This document shows positions 27,018 through 36,503 of a stretch of 64,000 bases of DNA, one piece after another (position 1 is the stretch's first letter; every line of letters begins with the position of its first letter). The notes under the pieces were generated by a model. The model was not told where the DNA came from and ran no database searches. It saw only the letters and a program-made list of their open reading frames with translations. This stretch comes from Thermoproteota archaeon (lineage in GTDB: Archaea > Korarchaeota > Korarchaeia > Korarchaeales > Korarchaeaceae). The position numbers and the translations under genes were made by a program. The DNA lies in NCBI GenBank assembly GCA_026986575.1, contig JALSOH010000004.1, forward strand, positions 320,001 through 384,000, in the 5' to 3' direction.

Positions 27018-28044
27018 TAATCTCACCTAAGATGGAAGCGATTACGTCCCTGGGATCCTCAAGGGCAAGCAACATATTTCTCGTGTCCACAATGAAGGAA
27101 TCGGGGTCCTTAAGTATGTTCGCCACCAGACGCTCGGCTTCCTCCAACTTCCTAGATCTCCAGATGGGGAAACCTCTCTCTTTCAGATACTCGTTGACAT
27201 GCAATTTCACATCGAGCGGAAACACAGATATGGAAGGAGTCCCCAAGAGTGCTGCCTCCCGTGCCATGGTTCCCCCACCAGTTATCACTAGGGAAATCTT
27301 GCTGAAGAGATCCAGCGTGTCCACAGCATCCCTTAAAACTAAGAGCCTTCCCTCCCTAAAGGCCCTCATTCTACTGAGTTCCTCGACTTGACTCTCATAC
27401 CTCGGTTTGACTATGACCTCCGCCCCCATCTCTAGTACAGCCTTTACGAGTTCCAGCGCTATAGACCCACTTCTCCCAAGCAAATAGGAGGCGCCACCCT
27501 CCTCAGGTCTTATGAATACCTTGAACTCCCTACTCGCAGGCGGGGTCGATAGGGCGTAATCTCTCACCCAAGCAACCTCATCTACGCCAGCATAAGAGAT
27601 CAAGGAGTCCTTAGAAGCCCCTAATCGGAGCATCTCATTCTCCGGAATGGCTTCTGGATAAACAACTTTCCAAGATAGAGGAAAGGTCAGCCTGGCGACG
27701 TGATATGAATGGGGTGTGTCATTCATGGTAATAGCCTTGATAGAGAGGCCGAAAGCCACTCTAACTGCCTCAGGTGAGGAGAAAGATATCAAAACGTCTG
27801 GATCAAAGTTCACGACGACGTCTAGCAATAGTTCAACTCTCTCAGCGTAAGATAAGAGCTTATCCTTGAGTCCCTTGATGGCATACCTCCCCACGACCTT
27901 ATGCCTGCTCCCCAGCTTCTTCAGCAGGGATACTGACTCCTCTAATCCCTTTACGGTTATCAAGTAGTCTGAATTCAAGAAAGAAGCTATAGCTGCCATC
28001 AATCTAGCCTGCTTGGGAGTTATGACATCGAGCCAGACCTTCAT
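27010..28044 (-). CDS. DUF354 family GT-B fold (glycosyltransferase-like) protein
   Basis: KVWLDVITPKQ, SSPEAVRVAFGL, NDTPHS, IRPEE, GGGTMAREAALLGTPSIS. Confidence 0.88.
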   Translation of the reverse strand: MKVWLDVITPKQARLMAAIASFLNSDYLITVKGLEESVSLLKKLGSRHKVVGRYAIKGLKDKLLSYAERVELLLDVVVNFDPDVLISFSSPEAVRVAFGLSIKAITMNDTPHSYHVARLTFPLSWKVVYPEAIPENEMLRLGASKDSLISYAGVDEVAWVRDYALSTPPASREFKVFIRPEEGGASYLLGRSGSIALELVKAVLEMGAEVIVKPRYESQVEELSRMRAFREGRLLVLRDAVDTLDLFSKISLVITGGGTMAREAALLGTPSISVFPLDVKLHVNEYLKERGFPIWRSRKLEEAERLVANILKDPDSFIVDTRNMLLALEDPRDVIASILGEING

Positions 28045-28418
28045 CCAGAACCTTCCTTCCCCGATTCCCTTTTCAGGGACTCTAATGTATTTTCTAGGAA
28101 CGAGAGACCCTCATCGAGGAGCTTCCGTCCCGACTCAGTTATCTCGTAGTAATTTCTCATCTTACCTGTGTCTTCGCCCTTCCTCTTAGACATCTTTACA
28201 TATCCTTTGGATTTGAGGGATCTCATCACTATGTACGCAGTTACTCTAGCCGGTCTCCACCCGAACCTCTCCTCTATTAGATCCGATATCTCGTATGGAT
28301 ATGCTGGTCTCTCTCTGAGGATGGATAGCACGTATAACCACAGGTTCTCCTTCGTTAGCTTGTCTTTCAACCTCTGAAGGGGCGCGGGGAGCCTACCCGA
28401 CGTACTCCGCGGACTCAT
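28041..28418 (-). CDS. PadR family transcriptional regulator
   Basis: LTKENLWLYVLSILRERPAYPYEI, RNYYEITESG. Confidence 0.9.
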   Translation of the reverse strand: MSPRSTSGRLPAPLQRLKDKLTKENLWLYVLSILRERPAYPYEISDLIEERFGWRPARVTAYIVMRSLKSKGYVKMSKRKGEDTGKMRNYYEITESGRKLLDEGLSFLENTLESLKRESGKEGSG

Positions 28419-29160
28419 CCATCTCACCGTGTCCTCCTAGTTCCTCCCTGATTCTGCGTTCTATTTCCTTTATCAGCTCACTCTTTATCCTTTCTATCTC
28501 CTCTATCTGCTTGTCTATCATCTCAAAGTCCAAGCCCAATGAGAAGGTCTTGTCCAAGACCTCAAGCACTCCCTTCGCTGCCTTGGGATCCGGTGAATAA
28601 TCAGGGGCCACTCCGCTCAGTACCACGCTGTTTAATCCCCTTATTTTAGCCATACCCAACATCGAACCAGCTAGGCCGATAACGGACTTGATCAAACTTT
28701 CCTTAAGGGCGCCAGCACCTAAAAACCTACTCAACAGTTCTTCATCGTCGCCGAAAGCTAGGACCTTGCCAGCATAGTTCTCATCCACGAAACCTGTCAC
28801 CACCACGGTCTCAGTTACCCTCATCTTATCAAGGATCTCCAAGACCTTGCTCGCAACCTCCATTCCTCCCCATGGAACTGGCTGGACATCGCTGGTCACC
28901 AGAGCTATTGGTGGATCTTTGGCTTGAAACACGGATATCGACGGGAGTGTGAACCTCCCCCCCTCGAGCACGGAAATGCCCACCATGTTGTTGGGAAACA
29001 TGAGGTACTCCGAGTAGATCTTAGCTATTGGAACCGGATCTAAATTCTTTATCAGGTAAGTTATCACTTGCTCGCCGACATTGGCCATGCCAGGGAACCC
29101 TAGCACGGCTACATCGGCCTTTAAAGGCTCAGAGATTTCTTTGACCTTCATCCATCCCAT
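28393..29160 (-). CDS. Second PAC2-family proteasome assembly chaperone-like protein
   Basis: LGFPGMANVG, TSDVQP, GLAGSMLG, PDPKAA; C-terminus YVG. Confidence 0.85.
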   Translation of the reverse strand: MGWMKVKEISEPLKADVAVLGFPGMANVGEQVITYLIKNLDPVPIAKIYSEYLMFPNNMVGISVLEGGRFTLPSISVFQAKDPPIALVTSDVQPVPWGGMEVASKVLEILDKMRVTETVVVTGFVDENYAGKVLAFGDDEELLSRFLGAGALKESLIKSVIGLAGSMLGMAKIRGLNSVVLSGVAPDYSPDPKAAKGVLEVLDKTFSLGLDFEMIDKQIEEIERIKSELIKEIERRIREELGGHGEMDESAEYVG

Positions 29161-29220
29161 TTCCCTTACCCTTCCCCTTAGGGGGGCGACGTATTAAATA
29201 AGGGGCAGTTCAAAAATCGT

Positions 29221-30519
29221 ATGAAAAAGGTAATGCTCATCATCTTGGATGGCTTGGGGGACAGGCCCCATCCCTCATTAAAGTACCTGACGCCCCTTCA
29301 GGCTGCGGAAATACCGAACATGGATCTCATGGCATCTAAAGGTCTATTGGGTATGCAGTACCCAATAGCTCCGGGAATCCCCCCGGGGAGTGACACAGGG
29401 CACCTCTCCCTGTTCGGCTATAGCTTAGACGAGGAGTACCCAGGGAGAGGAATATTTGAAGCCTTGGGAGAGGGCATAACACCGAGAGGCGGCGTCGCTT
29501 TTAGGGCCAACTTCGCCACAGTCTCCGAGAGGAACGGTGAACTAATAGTGGAAGATAGGAGGGCTGGAAGGATATCTGGAGAAGATGCGGAGATCTTAGC
29601 CTCCGATATATCCAGAATGAGCCTCTTGGGGGGTGAGGTAGAGGCAGAGTTCGTGCATACCCTAGAGCATAGAGGCTTCCTTATCCTGAGGGGAAACGGC
29701 CTTAGCAGTCAGGTAACCGATGTTGATCCACATGAGGCAGGATACCCTATTTTAGAACCCCTACCCATCGAAGAGGAAGCGATCAAAACAGCCAGAGCTC
29801 TGAAGGAATTCCTCATAAGATCCCACGAGATCCTTAAAGGGCATGAAGTCAACAGGAGGAGGGTTATAGAGGGCAAACCGCCAGCAAACTTCATATTGCC
29901 AAGAGGAGCCTCGAAACTGGTTAATCTAGAGAGATTCAGCGATAGATGGGGTTTTAACCCAGCAGCAGTTGCTGCCGGTCCCATGTACAAGGGAATAGCT
30001 AGAGCCTTGGGGTTCAAGGTGCATCATCCAGAGGGGGCCACGGGACTTCCCGACTCCAATTTCCGTGGAAAGATCAGTGAAGCGCTGGATCTTTTGGGGG
30101 AGTTTGACTTCATATATGTGCACATGAAGGGCACAGACGTTGCATCCCATAGGAAAGACCCCAAGTTAAAGGTCGAGGTCTTGGAGAGGATAGACGAGGC
30201 CTTGGAGCAGATCACAGACCCACCTGAAGATCTGCTGGTGGTGATCACGGGAGACCACGCCACTCCCTGTCTGCTGGGCAAGCACAGCGGAGATCCCGTT
30301 CCAATCCTCTTCTTCGGAAAGGGTCTGCCTAGGGATGACGCTTCCAATTTCCACGAACTGGACGCATCACTAGGGGGAGCAGGTTGGTTCCTCGGAGGAG
30401 ACCTCATGAAGCTAATTCTGAACTACTCGGATAGATCTCTGGAGTACGGCCTGAGACCATTACCTAGTAAGAAATGGTACATACCAAGGAGGGAGGAACT
30501 GACCCCCTTCAGGTTCTAG
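29221..30519 (+). CDS. apgM: 2,3-bisphosphoglycerate-independent phosphoglycerate mutase (archaeal)
   Basis: LDGLGDRP, PGSDTGHL, DRRAGRI, HMKGTDVASH, TGDHATP, HSGDPVP. Confidence 0.95.
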   Translation: MKKVMLIILDGLGDRPHPSLKYLTPLQAAEIPNMDLMASKGLLGMQYPIAPGIPPGSDTGHLSLFGYSLDEEYPGRGIFEALGEGITPRGGVAFRANFATVSERNGELIVEDRRAGRISGEDAEILASDISRMSLLGGEVEAEFVHTLEHRGFLILRGNGLSSQVTDVDPHEAGYPILEPLPIEEEAIKTARALKEFLIRSHEILKGHEVNRRRVIEGKPPANFILPRGASKLVNLERFSDRWGFNPAAVAAGPMYKGIARALGFKVHHPEGATGLPDSNFRGKISEALDLLGEFDFIYVHMKGTDVASHRKDPKLKVEVLERIDEALEQITDPPEDLLVVITGDHATPCLLGKHSGDPVPILFFGKGLPRDDASNFHELDASLGGAGWFLGGDLMKLILNYSDRSLEYGLRPLPSKKWYIPRREELTPFRF

Positions 30520-31498
30520 TCCACAAATCTCTATCCCTTCTCACCCTTTCCAGATTGAGCGGCCGAACTAAGTCCCGGTGAAGGAAAGTAGACAGCTCTT
30601 TCTTAAACTGACAGGCCTTACACATCTCCGTCGTGGTTGGTTCACCGCATACACGGCATCTCCTAAGTTGTACATCTGCCGATAACCCATGGGAGATCAG
30701 AGAGAATGTCTGAAGTGCCTTAACCTTGATACCGGGGATGTGGTCCTCTAAGTCGTCTATCTCCCTCCTCACACCTATCCTCATCCCCTGGGTGAAGGGA
30801 CACTTACCTAGATGGGCGGGAATCTTTTTGGCCACAACTAATGTAGCGACCTCCCTCTCATAGACCATCTTCAGCGGTCTGACTCTAGGTACAAGCCCCT
30901 CCTCCATCTTTCTCTCATGTCTGAGAGTCTTCACTAGGGCGTTGATGTCTCCCCTCGACAGGTTCATCGCTGCCGTCTGGACCAGATCATCGAGGTTGTG
31001 CCCTGTCACAACGACAGTCGCCCCTATTTCCCTAGCAATCGCGTTCAAAGCTTGTCTCCTAAGGACTCCACAGTAGGTGCATGGACTCCTCTTCCAGTCG
31101 GCAGGAAGCATGAAATCCAGCTCTTCTATGGATAGACCATGAATCTCCTCCATTGTATACGTCCTATGTCTCACCCCGAGCTCATTAGCCAATTTCTCAG
31201 CGAGCTTCACGGAGGCCTTCCTGTAGAAGGTCCCTTCATCTACAGTAACAGAGAGCAGGCTAAGCTTCATGTCTGAATGAGCGTCAGCGAACTCCTTTGT
31301 GAGGAGAAGAGCAAGGGAGCTGTCCTTTCCCCCTGAGTGAGCAATCATCACCTTGTCCCTCGCCACTAGCTCATCCTTCAAAACCTGCCAAGCTCTCCTC
31401 CTCACGGACCTCATAAGACAGTCGGCGCATACCGATATCCCCCTGCTGTGGTCCGTGTACACGGCCTCATTGTACCCACAAAGGTCGCACTTCCTCAA
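30509..31498 (-). CDS. TtuA/Ncs6/Ctu1 family tRNA 2-thiolase
   Basis: N- and C-terminal Zn fingers, SGGKDS PP-loop, CTYC, TGHNLDD, RVRPL, CPF. Confidence 0.92.
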   Translation of the reverse strand: MRKCDLCGYNEAVYTDHSRGISVCADCLMRSVRRRAWQVLKDELVARDKVMIAHSGGKDSSLALLLTKEFADAHSDMKLSLLSVTVDEGTFYRKASVKLAEKLANELGVRHRTYTMEEIHGLSIEELDFMLPADWKRSPCTYCGVLRRQALNAIAREIGATVVVTGHNLDDLVQTAAMNLSRGDINALVKTLRHERKMEEGLVPRVRPLKMVYEREVATLVVAKKIPAHLGKCPFTQGMRIGVRREIDDLEDHIPGIKVKALQTFSLISHGLSADVQLRRCRVCGEPTTTEMCKACQFKKELSTFLHRDLVRPLNLERVRRDRDLWTRT

Positions 31499-31725
31499 CG
31501 ATCTTCCCCCGAGCTCTTCCTAGGGCTCTCATGGTAAGTTATCCTTAACCACGTGATAACATCCTCATCGTCCAAGTAGGAATCGTCAGCTCTTGGCTCT
31601 CCGTTCACTAGGAGGAGGGTGCTCCACTTGCTTACACCAAGCATCCCATAAAGATCACCCACCATGGTATTCCAAGGCAGTTCCACTTCTCTACCGGCCA
31701 AGAACACTTTAATGGTCCCCTTCAT
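31495..31725 (-). CDS. ThiS/MoaD/SAMP-like ubiquitin-fold protein lacking C-terminal Gly-Gly
   Basis: TMVGDL...LG...LLLVNG...LDDEDVITWL beta-grasp pattern, directly upstream of ttuA (4-bp overlap); ends RITYHESPRKSSGEDR. Confidence 0.75.
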   Translation of the reverse strand: MKGTIKVFLAGREVELPWNTMVGDLYGMLGVSKWSTLLLVNGEPRADDSYLDDEDVITWLRITYHESPRKSSGEDR

Positions 31726-31744
31726 ATATCCCCCGGTGTCAACG

Positions 31745-32437
31745 ATGTTCCTCTCTAAAAAGGCGAACCTGAAAGGTGTATCCTTGGAGGGAGATGTAAC
31801 AGTTATTGGCCCCTCATCCATCGGCTCAGGCACAGTTTTGGGGATGTACTCCGTCGTGGGATACCCCACTTACCGCAAGATCAGGTCCTTGAGTGAGAAG
31901 GACTTGGTATTTTACGATGACCTGAGCGAGGGAGCCGTTATTGGAGAGAACTGCTTTCTGAGAAGTCACTCAGTCGTATACGAGAGGGCGAAAATAGGGA
32001 ATAGGGTTCAGACGGGGCACGCTGTCCTCATAAGAGAAGATACGATCATTGGGGATGGGACCGTCGTGGGAACCCATGCAGTTGTAGACGGGAGAGTGAT
32101 CATCGGGAAGAACGTCAGCATACAGAGCGGAACCTATATACCGCCGGAGAGCAGGATAGGAGATCGCGTGTTCTTGGCCCCATTCGTCGTCATAACGAAC
32201 GATAAGTATCCGGCGAGCAAGAGGCTCCTCGGAGTAACTGTAGACAATGATGCCATTATTGGTGCCAATGCGGTGTTAATATCAGGAGTCAGAATAGGTG
32301 AGGGCGCTGTTGTGGCTTCAGGTGCTGTCGTCACAAGGGATGTACCCCCAAGGAAGGTCGTTATCGGAGTTCCAGCCAGAGTAGTCATGGACAGAGAGGA
32401 GTATGAGAGGAAGAAAAGGGAGTACGAAGAGGGTTAG
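31745..32437 (+). CDS. Hexapeptide-repeat acyltransferase (nucleotide-sugar N-acetyltransferase-like)
   Basis: Left-handed beta-helix repeats, TNDKYP, GAVVTRDVPP, GVPARVV. Confidence 0.88.
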   Translation: MFLSKKANLKGVSLEGDVTVIGPSSIGSGTVLGMYSVVGYPTYRKIRSLSEKDLVFYDDLSEGAVIGENCFLRSHSVVYERAKIGNRVQTGHAVLIREDTIIGDGTVVGTHAVVDGRVIIGKNVSIQSGTYIPPESRIGDRVFLAPFVVITNDKYPASKRLLGVTVDNDAIIGANAVLISGVRIGEGAVVASGAVVTRDVPPRKVVIGVPARVVMDREEYERKKREYEEG

Positions 32438-33462
32438 ACATCCTCTATGCCTCCCTCAGTTATGACGACTTCAACCGTTCCCTCCGGGAGGTAGGGGCTC
32501 TTGACTAGCTTGACCACTCTGCGGTCCTTCTTCCCCCTCTTTATGTAAAGCCTGGCCGTTACGCCGTGGCCTAATACGTGACCACCTGCAGGCCTGTTAG
32601 GATCTCCGAAGAAGGCGCTGGGATCCGCCACCACCTGATTTGTGACTATGACCGCCAGATTGTATCCAAGAGCCAGCTTGAGCAGCTTGTGAAGGTACTT
32701 GTTGAGCTTCTGCTGCCTCTCGGCGAGAGTCTCCCTGCCCACGTATTCTCCTCTGAAGTGGCTTATCAGGGAGTCCACGATTATCAACCCTATGTTCCTC
32801 TCCTTTATGTAAGGCTCTGCCCTCTCTGTTACTATCATCTGGTGATCACTAGTGAATGCCCTCGCATACAGTATGTTCTTCAGAGCCCTTTCCGGATCCA
32901 ATCCGAACCTTTCAGCTATCTGTATTATCCTCTCTGGCCTGAATGTTCCCTCCGTATCGATGAATAGGGCTGCTCTTCCCAGACCTCCCTTATCCTCTGG
33001 GAGCTGAACCGTGACCGCCATCTGATGAGCGAACTGTGTCTTTCCCGATCCATAGGGGCCGTATATCTCCGTGATCGACTGGGTCTCAACGCCTCCTCCC
33101 AGTAATTCATCCAATGCCTTGGAACCAGTTGTTATCCTCTGAACCATCTTTCTCTGCTGATAGTAATCGTAAGCTGACATGACATCAATATTCAACTTAG
33201 ATCTTGCGGCCTGTATTATCTTCTGGGCCACACCTTCGCCTATCCCCGCGTACACTGCCAGCTCAGCCGGGGTAGACATGGCTATTGACTCCAACGTGGT
33301 GTAGCCCGCCTCCATGAGCCTCTTAGCAGTGGCGGGGCCGACTCCTTCTAGATCGGTTAGATCGAACTCCTCTTCCACATTTACCTCTTCATAGTAAGTT
33401 TCATCAACCTCCTCAGGCGCTTCCTCCCGAGGTTCCTCCTTGATCACCTTCTTCTTCGGTAT
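32434..33462 (-). CDS. radA: DNA repair and recombination protein RadA (start either ATA 33462 or GTG 33447)
   Basis: LEGVGPATA HhH, GPYGSGKTQ, IDTEGTFRPERI, IIVDS, RQQKLN, TNQV; no intein. Confidence 0.97.
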   Translation of the reverse strand: MPKKKVIKEEPREEAPEEVDETYYEEVNVEEEFDLTDLEGVGPATAKRLMEAGYTTLESIAMSTPAELAVYAGIGEGVAQKIIQAARSKLNIDVMSAYDYYQQRKMVQRITTGSKALDELLGGGVETQSITEIYGPYGSGKTQFAHQMAVTVQLPEDKGGLGRAALFIDTEGTFRPERIIQIAERFGLDPERALKNILYARAFTSDHQMIVTERAEPYIKERNIGLIIVDSLISHFRGEYVGRETLAERQQKLNKYLHKLLKLALGYNLAVIVTNQVVADPSAFFGDPNRPAGGHVLGHGVTARLYIKRGKKDRRVVKLVKSPYLPEGTVEVVITEGGIEDV

Positions 33463-33512
33463 CCCTAATCACCTTCCCCCATAGTTGGGGGATAGGAGGG
33501 GATATTTAACTA

Positions 33513-33995
33513 TCACATATCCGAGAAACTCTCGCGTGTTGTTTCTGCGATCAGATCGTTCCCCGACGAAGGTTCACTTTCCAAGATCTCTACTTTCTCG
33601 CCATCCCCTTCATCCTCCAAGGGCTCCTCAGGGGGTGACTCACCCTCGGCTTTGACGGGTTCCTCAGGCTTGAACGGGTCGCTTCTGTGCTTCAGCAGAT
33701 ATGATCCAACGGCGATAGAGAATATGAAGGTAAGCATACCTTCTGAAGGAAGAGCTGGGACGAGAAACAATCCCAGAACACCTAACACGATGTAGAACAT
33801 CGATAGTAGGAGTATGGCCCGTTCATCTCCTCTGAACACGAGTGCGGAGACCAAGATCAGCGACACTGAGGTGATAATTCCCAATGAGGAGGACAGAGGA
33901 TCACTTTTAAGGACCTGTATCGAAAGATAGGCGATCCCCAGCGACAGGATCAGCGTGAGTAGGGCAGACACCGCCATTCCTAGACGTAATCTCAT
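33513..33995 (-). CDS. Hypothetical membrane protein (4 TM plus acidic tail)
   Basis: Hydrophobic helices followed by an acidic C-terminus; downstream of prs. Confidence 0.7.
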   Translation of the reverse strand: MRLRLGMAVSALLTLILSLGIAYLSIQVLKSDPLSSSLGIITSVSLILVSALVFRGDERAILLLSMFYIVLGVLGLFLVPALPSEGMLTFIFSIAVGSYLLKHRSDPFKPEEPVKAEGESPPEEPLEDEGDGEKVEILESEPSSGNDLIAETTRESFSDM

Positions 33996-33996
33996 C

Positions 33997-34893
33997 TCAC
34001 ACACCCTGAACTGCTTCAGCGATCGATCCCACCACCGACGCCTTGGAGCCTGACCACTCTATAGTGTCCGTGGCTATGATGATATCTGCTCCGGCTCCTA
34101 GTATTCTATCCACTGCCTTAGGCGCGAGGACTGGGTGTACAAAAGCAGATACAACAATTCTAGCGCCCATTCTCTTTGCCTCTTTCACAGCATTCGCCAT
34201 CGTCCCTCCAGTGGATACCATATCATCAACCACTATCACATCCCTACCTGAGAGATCTATCTCCTTAACATACGTCTTTATCTCACCAGTAGCGATGTCC
34301 CTTTCCTTCTTGAATGCATCGAACTCCTCGGTCCCGTAATAGTGAGCCAACTCTCTAGCCCAGTGTATGCTCTCGGTATCCGGCCCCAAGATGAATGGAT
34401 CTCTAAGAGGTAACTCTCTAATCTTGTCAGCAAGCGCTTCAAAGCCGCTCACGTTCACGGCCTTCGCTCCCTCGAAAAGCTCAGAGAATCCCCCAATCCT
34501 GTGGAGATGCACCGTAACGCTGATTACAGCATCAGCTCCAGCCGCTTCAAGTAGCTCTCCCAAATACTTAGAGCTCAATGGCTCACCCGGCCTGAATATA
34601 GCATCCTGCCGGGCGTAAGGGAAATACGGCATGACTAAGGTTATGGACTTAGCACCCATATGTTCCTTAAGATTCCTTAGCGTGAAGAGAACCTCCATCA
34701 AGTATCTGTTAGGGGATCCGCTGCCTGCTCCCATTCTCAAGGAGAGGACGACATCTTCATCCCGGGTGTCCCCCAATACCCTTGGACACACCTCTCCATC
34801 TGGGAATACTCTCCTATCTAGAGCTACTAATTCCACACCGAGATTCTCAGCGAGCTTAATGTTGAAATCGTCATTGGGGCCCACCAGCAGCAT
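33997..34893 (-). CDS. prs: Ribose-phosphate pyrophosphokinase
   Basis: FPDGE, PYFPYARQD, ILGPD, IVVDDMVSTGGT; start trimmed to ATG 34893. Confidence 0.93.
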   Translation of the reverse strand: MLLVGPNDDFNIKLAENLGVELVALDRRVFPDGEVCPRVLGDTRDEDVVLSLRMGAGSGSPNRYLMEVLFTLRNLKEHMGAKSITLVMPYFPYARQDAIFRPGEPLSSKYLGELLEAAGADAVISVTVHLHRIGGFSELFEGAKAVNVSGFEALADKIRELPLRDPFILGPDTESIHWARELAHYYGTEEFDAFKKERDIATGEIKTYVKEIDLSGRDVIVVDDMVSTGGTMANAVKEAKRMGARIVVSAFVHPVLAPKAVDRILGAGADIIIATDTIEWSGSKASVVGSIAEAVQGV

Positions 34894-34944
34894 ATGCTGA
34901 GTGCGCAATGCGAGATTAAAAAGTAGTCGAAGTGGGTCTGGAAG

Positions 34945-35529
34945 ATGCTCATAGCCTTTGAGGGTATAGACGGGTCTGGTAAAACGACCATAAGTACTAG
35001 AATCAATGAAGAGCTGGAGAGAAGGGGCATAAGGTCTCACTGGACGACGGAGCCGACTGACGGTCCAATAGGTAGGATCATACGTGAAGTACTAGAGGGT
35101 AGGATGGAGGTCGATCACAGAACGCTGGCCCTGCTCTTCGCCGCTGATAGAATGCAGCATGTGATTCAATTGGAAGATCTTCTGGAGGAGGGCTACACGG
35201 TCATAAGCGACAGGTACCTCCTATCGTCGCTAGCATATCAGGGATGCGATCTCCCGATGGAGTGGGTTAAGGAGATAAATAAGTGGGCTTTGCTGCCTGA
35301 TTTAGTGATCTACTTGGATTTGGATCCTGCATTAGCCTTGGAACGCGTTAAAGAGAAACAACTATTCCACACTCTGCGCAAATTGAGGTCGATCAGGGCC
35401 AATTACCTCAGTCTGATAAGGGAGGAAGAGTGGTCCAGTAGGACCGTCGTGGTGGATGCAAGCAGGGAAGAGGAGGAGGTGTTCCAAACAGTTCTTAATA
35501 TTATCTTGAAGAAGCTCAGGGTGGTTTGA
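34945..35529 (+). CDS. tmk: Thymidylate kinase
   Basis: IAFEGIDGSGKTT, LLFAADR, SDRYLLSSLAYQG, PDLVIYLD. Confidence 0.95.
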   Translation: MLIAFEGIDGSGKTTISTRINEELERRGIRSHWTTEPTDGPIGRIIREVLEGRMEVDHRTLALLFAADRMQHVIQLEDLLEEGYTVISDRYLLSSLAYQGCDLPMEWVKEINKWALLPDLVIYLDLDPALALERVKEKQLFHTLRKLRSIRANYLSLIREEEWSSRTVVVDASREEEEVFQTVLNIILKKLRVV

Positions 35530-36452
35530 TGAAGTTCTTGGCCATTGGAAATGCGAATATCGACGTAACCACGTTCATAGAGAGGATACCCGATCAAGAC
35601 GAGGCCATAGACGCCTTAGCAGCTACGATGAGCGCGGGGGGATCAGCCTCCAACTTCGCTCTGGCCGCCGCTAGGCTGGGGGTTGAGGTTTTTGTCATCG
35701 CCTCTCTAGGTGATGATTCCCTAGGGAAGATCTACCTAAGGACCATGGAGGAGGGAGGGGTTGATACATCCCACATCAAGATAACAGAGGGCAGGAGAAC
35801 GGGACTTGTTGTCATAATCAACGTTTTAGGGGAGAGCAGAAGGATGATAGAGAGCCCAGGAGCTAATGAGGAACTTTCCCCAGTAGATATAGTAGAGAGA
35901 AGCGAGCTGGTTCGATCGGTCGATGAAGTGCACATGGCCAGCGTCAGGGTACCTATAGCCAGAGCTGTCTTGGAGGTGAGGAAGGGAGTATCTTGGGATC
36001 CTGGGATTAGGATACTCTCTAGGAACAGGGACGATTGCTGGAAGCTGCTAGGTGGGGTGGGAAAGATATTTCTTAACGAGAAAGAGGCAGCGATCCTATC
36101 TAGGGAGAGAGATCCAGAGTTAGCTGCCCAAAAGATAGGAAGAGAAGGACCAGAAGAAGTTCTCATAAAGATGGGTCCGAAGGGGTCGCTTGCTTGGGTT
36201 GAGGGATCCCTATGCCATGTGAAAGCCGTCCCGGTAAATGTGGTCGATACGACCGGGGCAGGGGACGTGTTCGCGGCTGCTTACCTAACCTCAAGGGCCA
36301 AGGGCTTCTCCCCAGTGAAATCCATAAGATTAGCCAACTCCGCGGCAGCCCTAACCATTTCGAGGCCCGGAACGGCCTATGGACTGCCCGTATGGGATGA
36401 GATAGCGGCCATGGAGTTTATCTCATACGGTAAGGGTGATAATGAGTGCTAA
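35526..36452 (+). CDS. PfkB family carbohydrate/nucleoside kinase
   Basis: GGSASNFA, LGDDSLG, WDPG, LNEKEA, VDTTGAGDVF. Confidence 0.92.
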   Translation: MMKFLAIGNANIDVTTFIERIPDQDEAIDALAATMSAGGSASNFALAAARLGVEVFVIASLGDDSLGKIYLRTMEEGGVDTSHIKITEGRRTGLVVIINVLGESRRMIESPGANEELSPVDIVERSELVRSVDEVHMASVRVPIARAVLEVRKGVSWDPGIRILSRNRDDCWKLLGGVGKIFLNEKEAAILSRERDPELAAQKIGREGPEEVLIKMGPKGSLAWVEGSLCHVKAVPVNVVDTTGAGDVFAAAYLTSRAKGFSPVKSIRLANSAAALTISRPGTAYGLPVWDEIAAMEFISYGKGDNEC

Positions 36453-36503
36453 CACAATAGAATTTTGTAAATCCTTTTTAAATATCCTCACGAGGGGAGC
36501 CCG

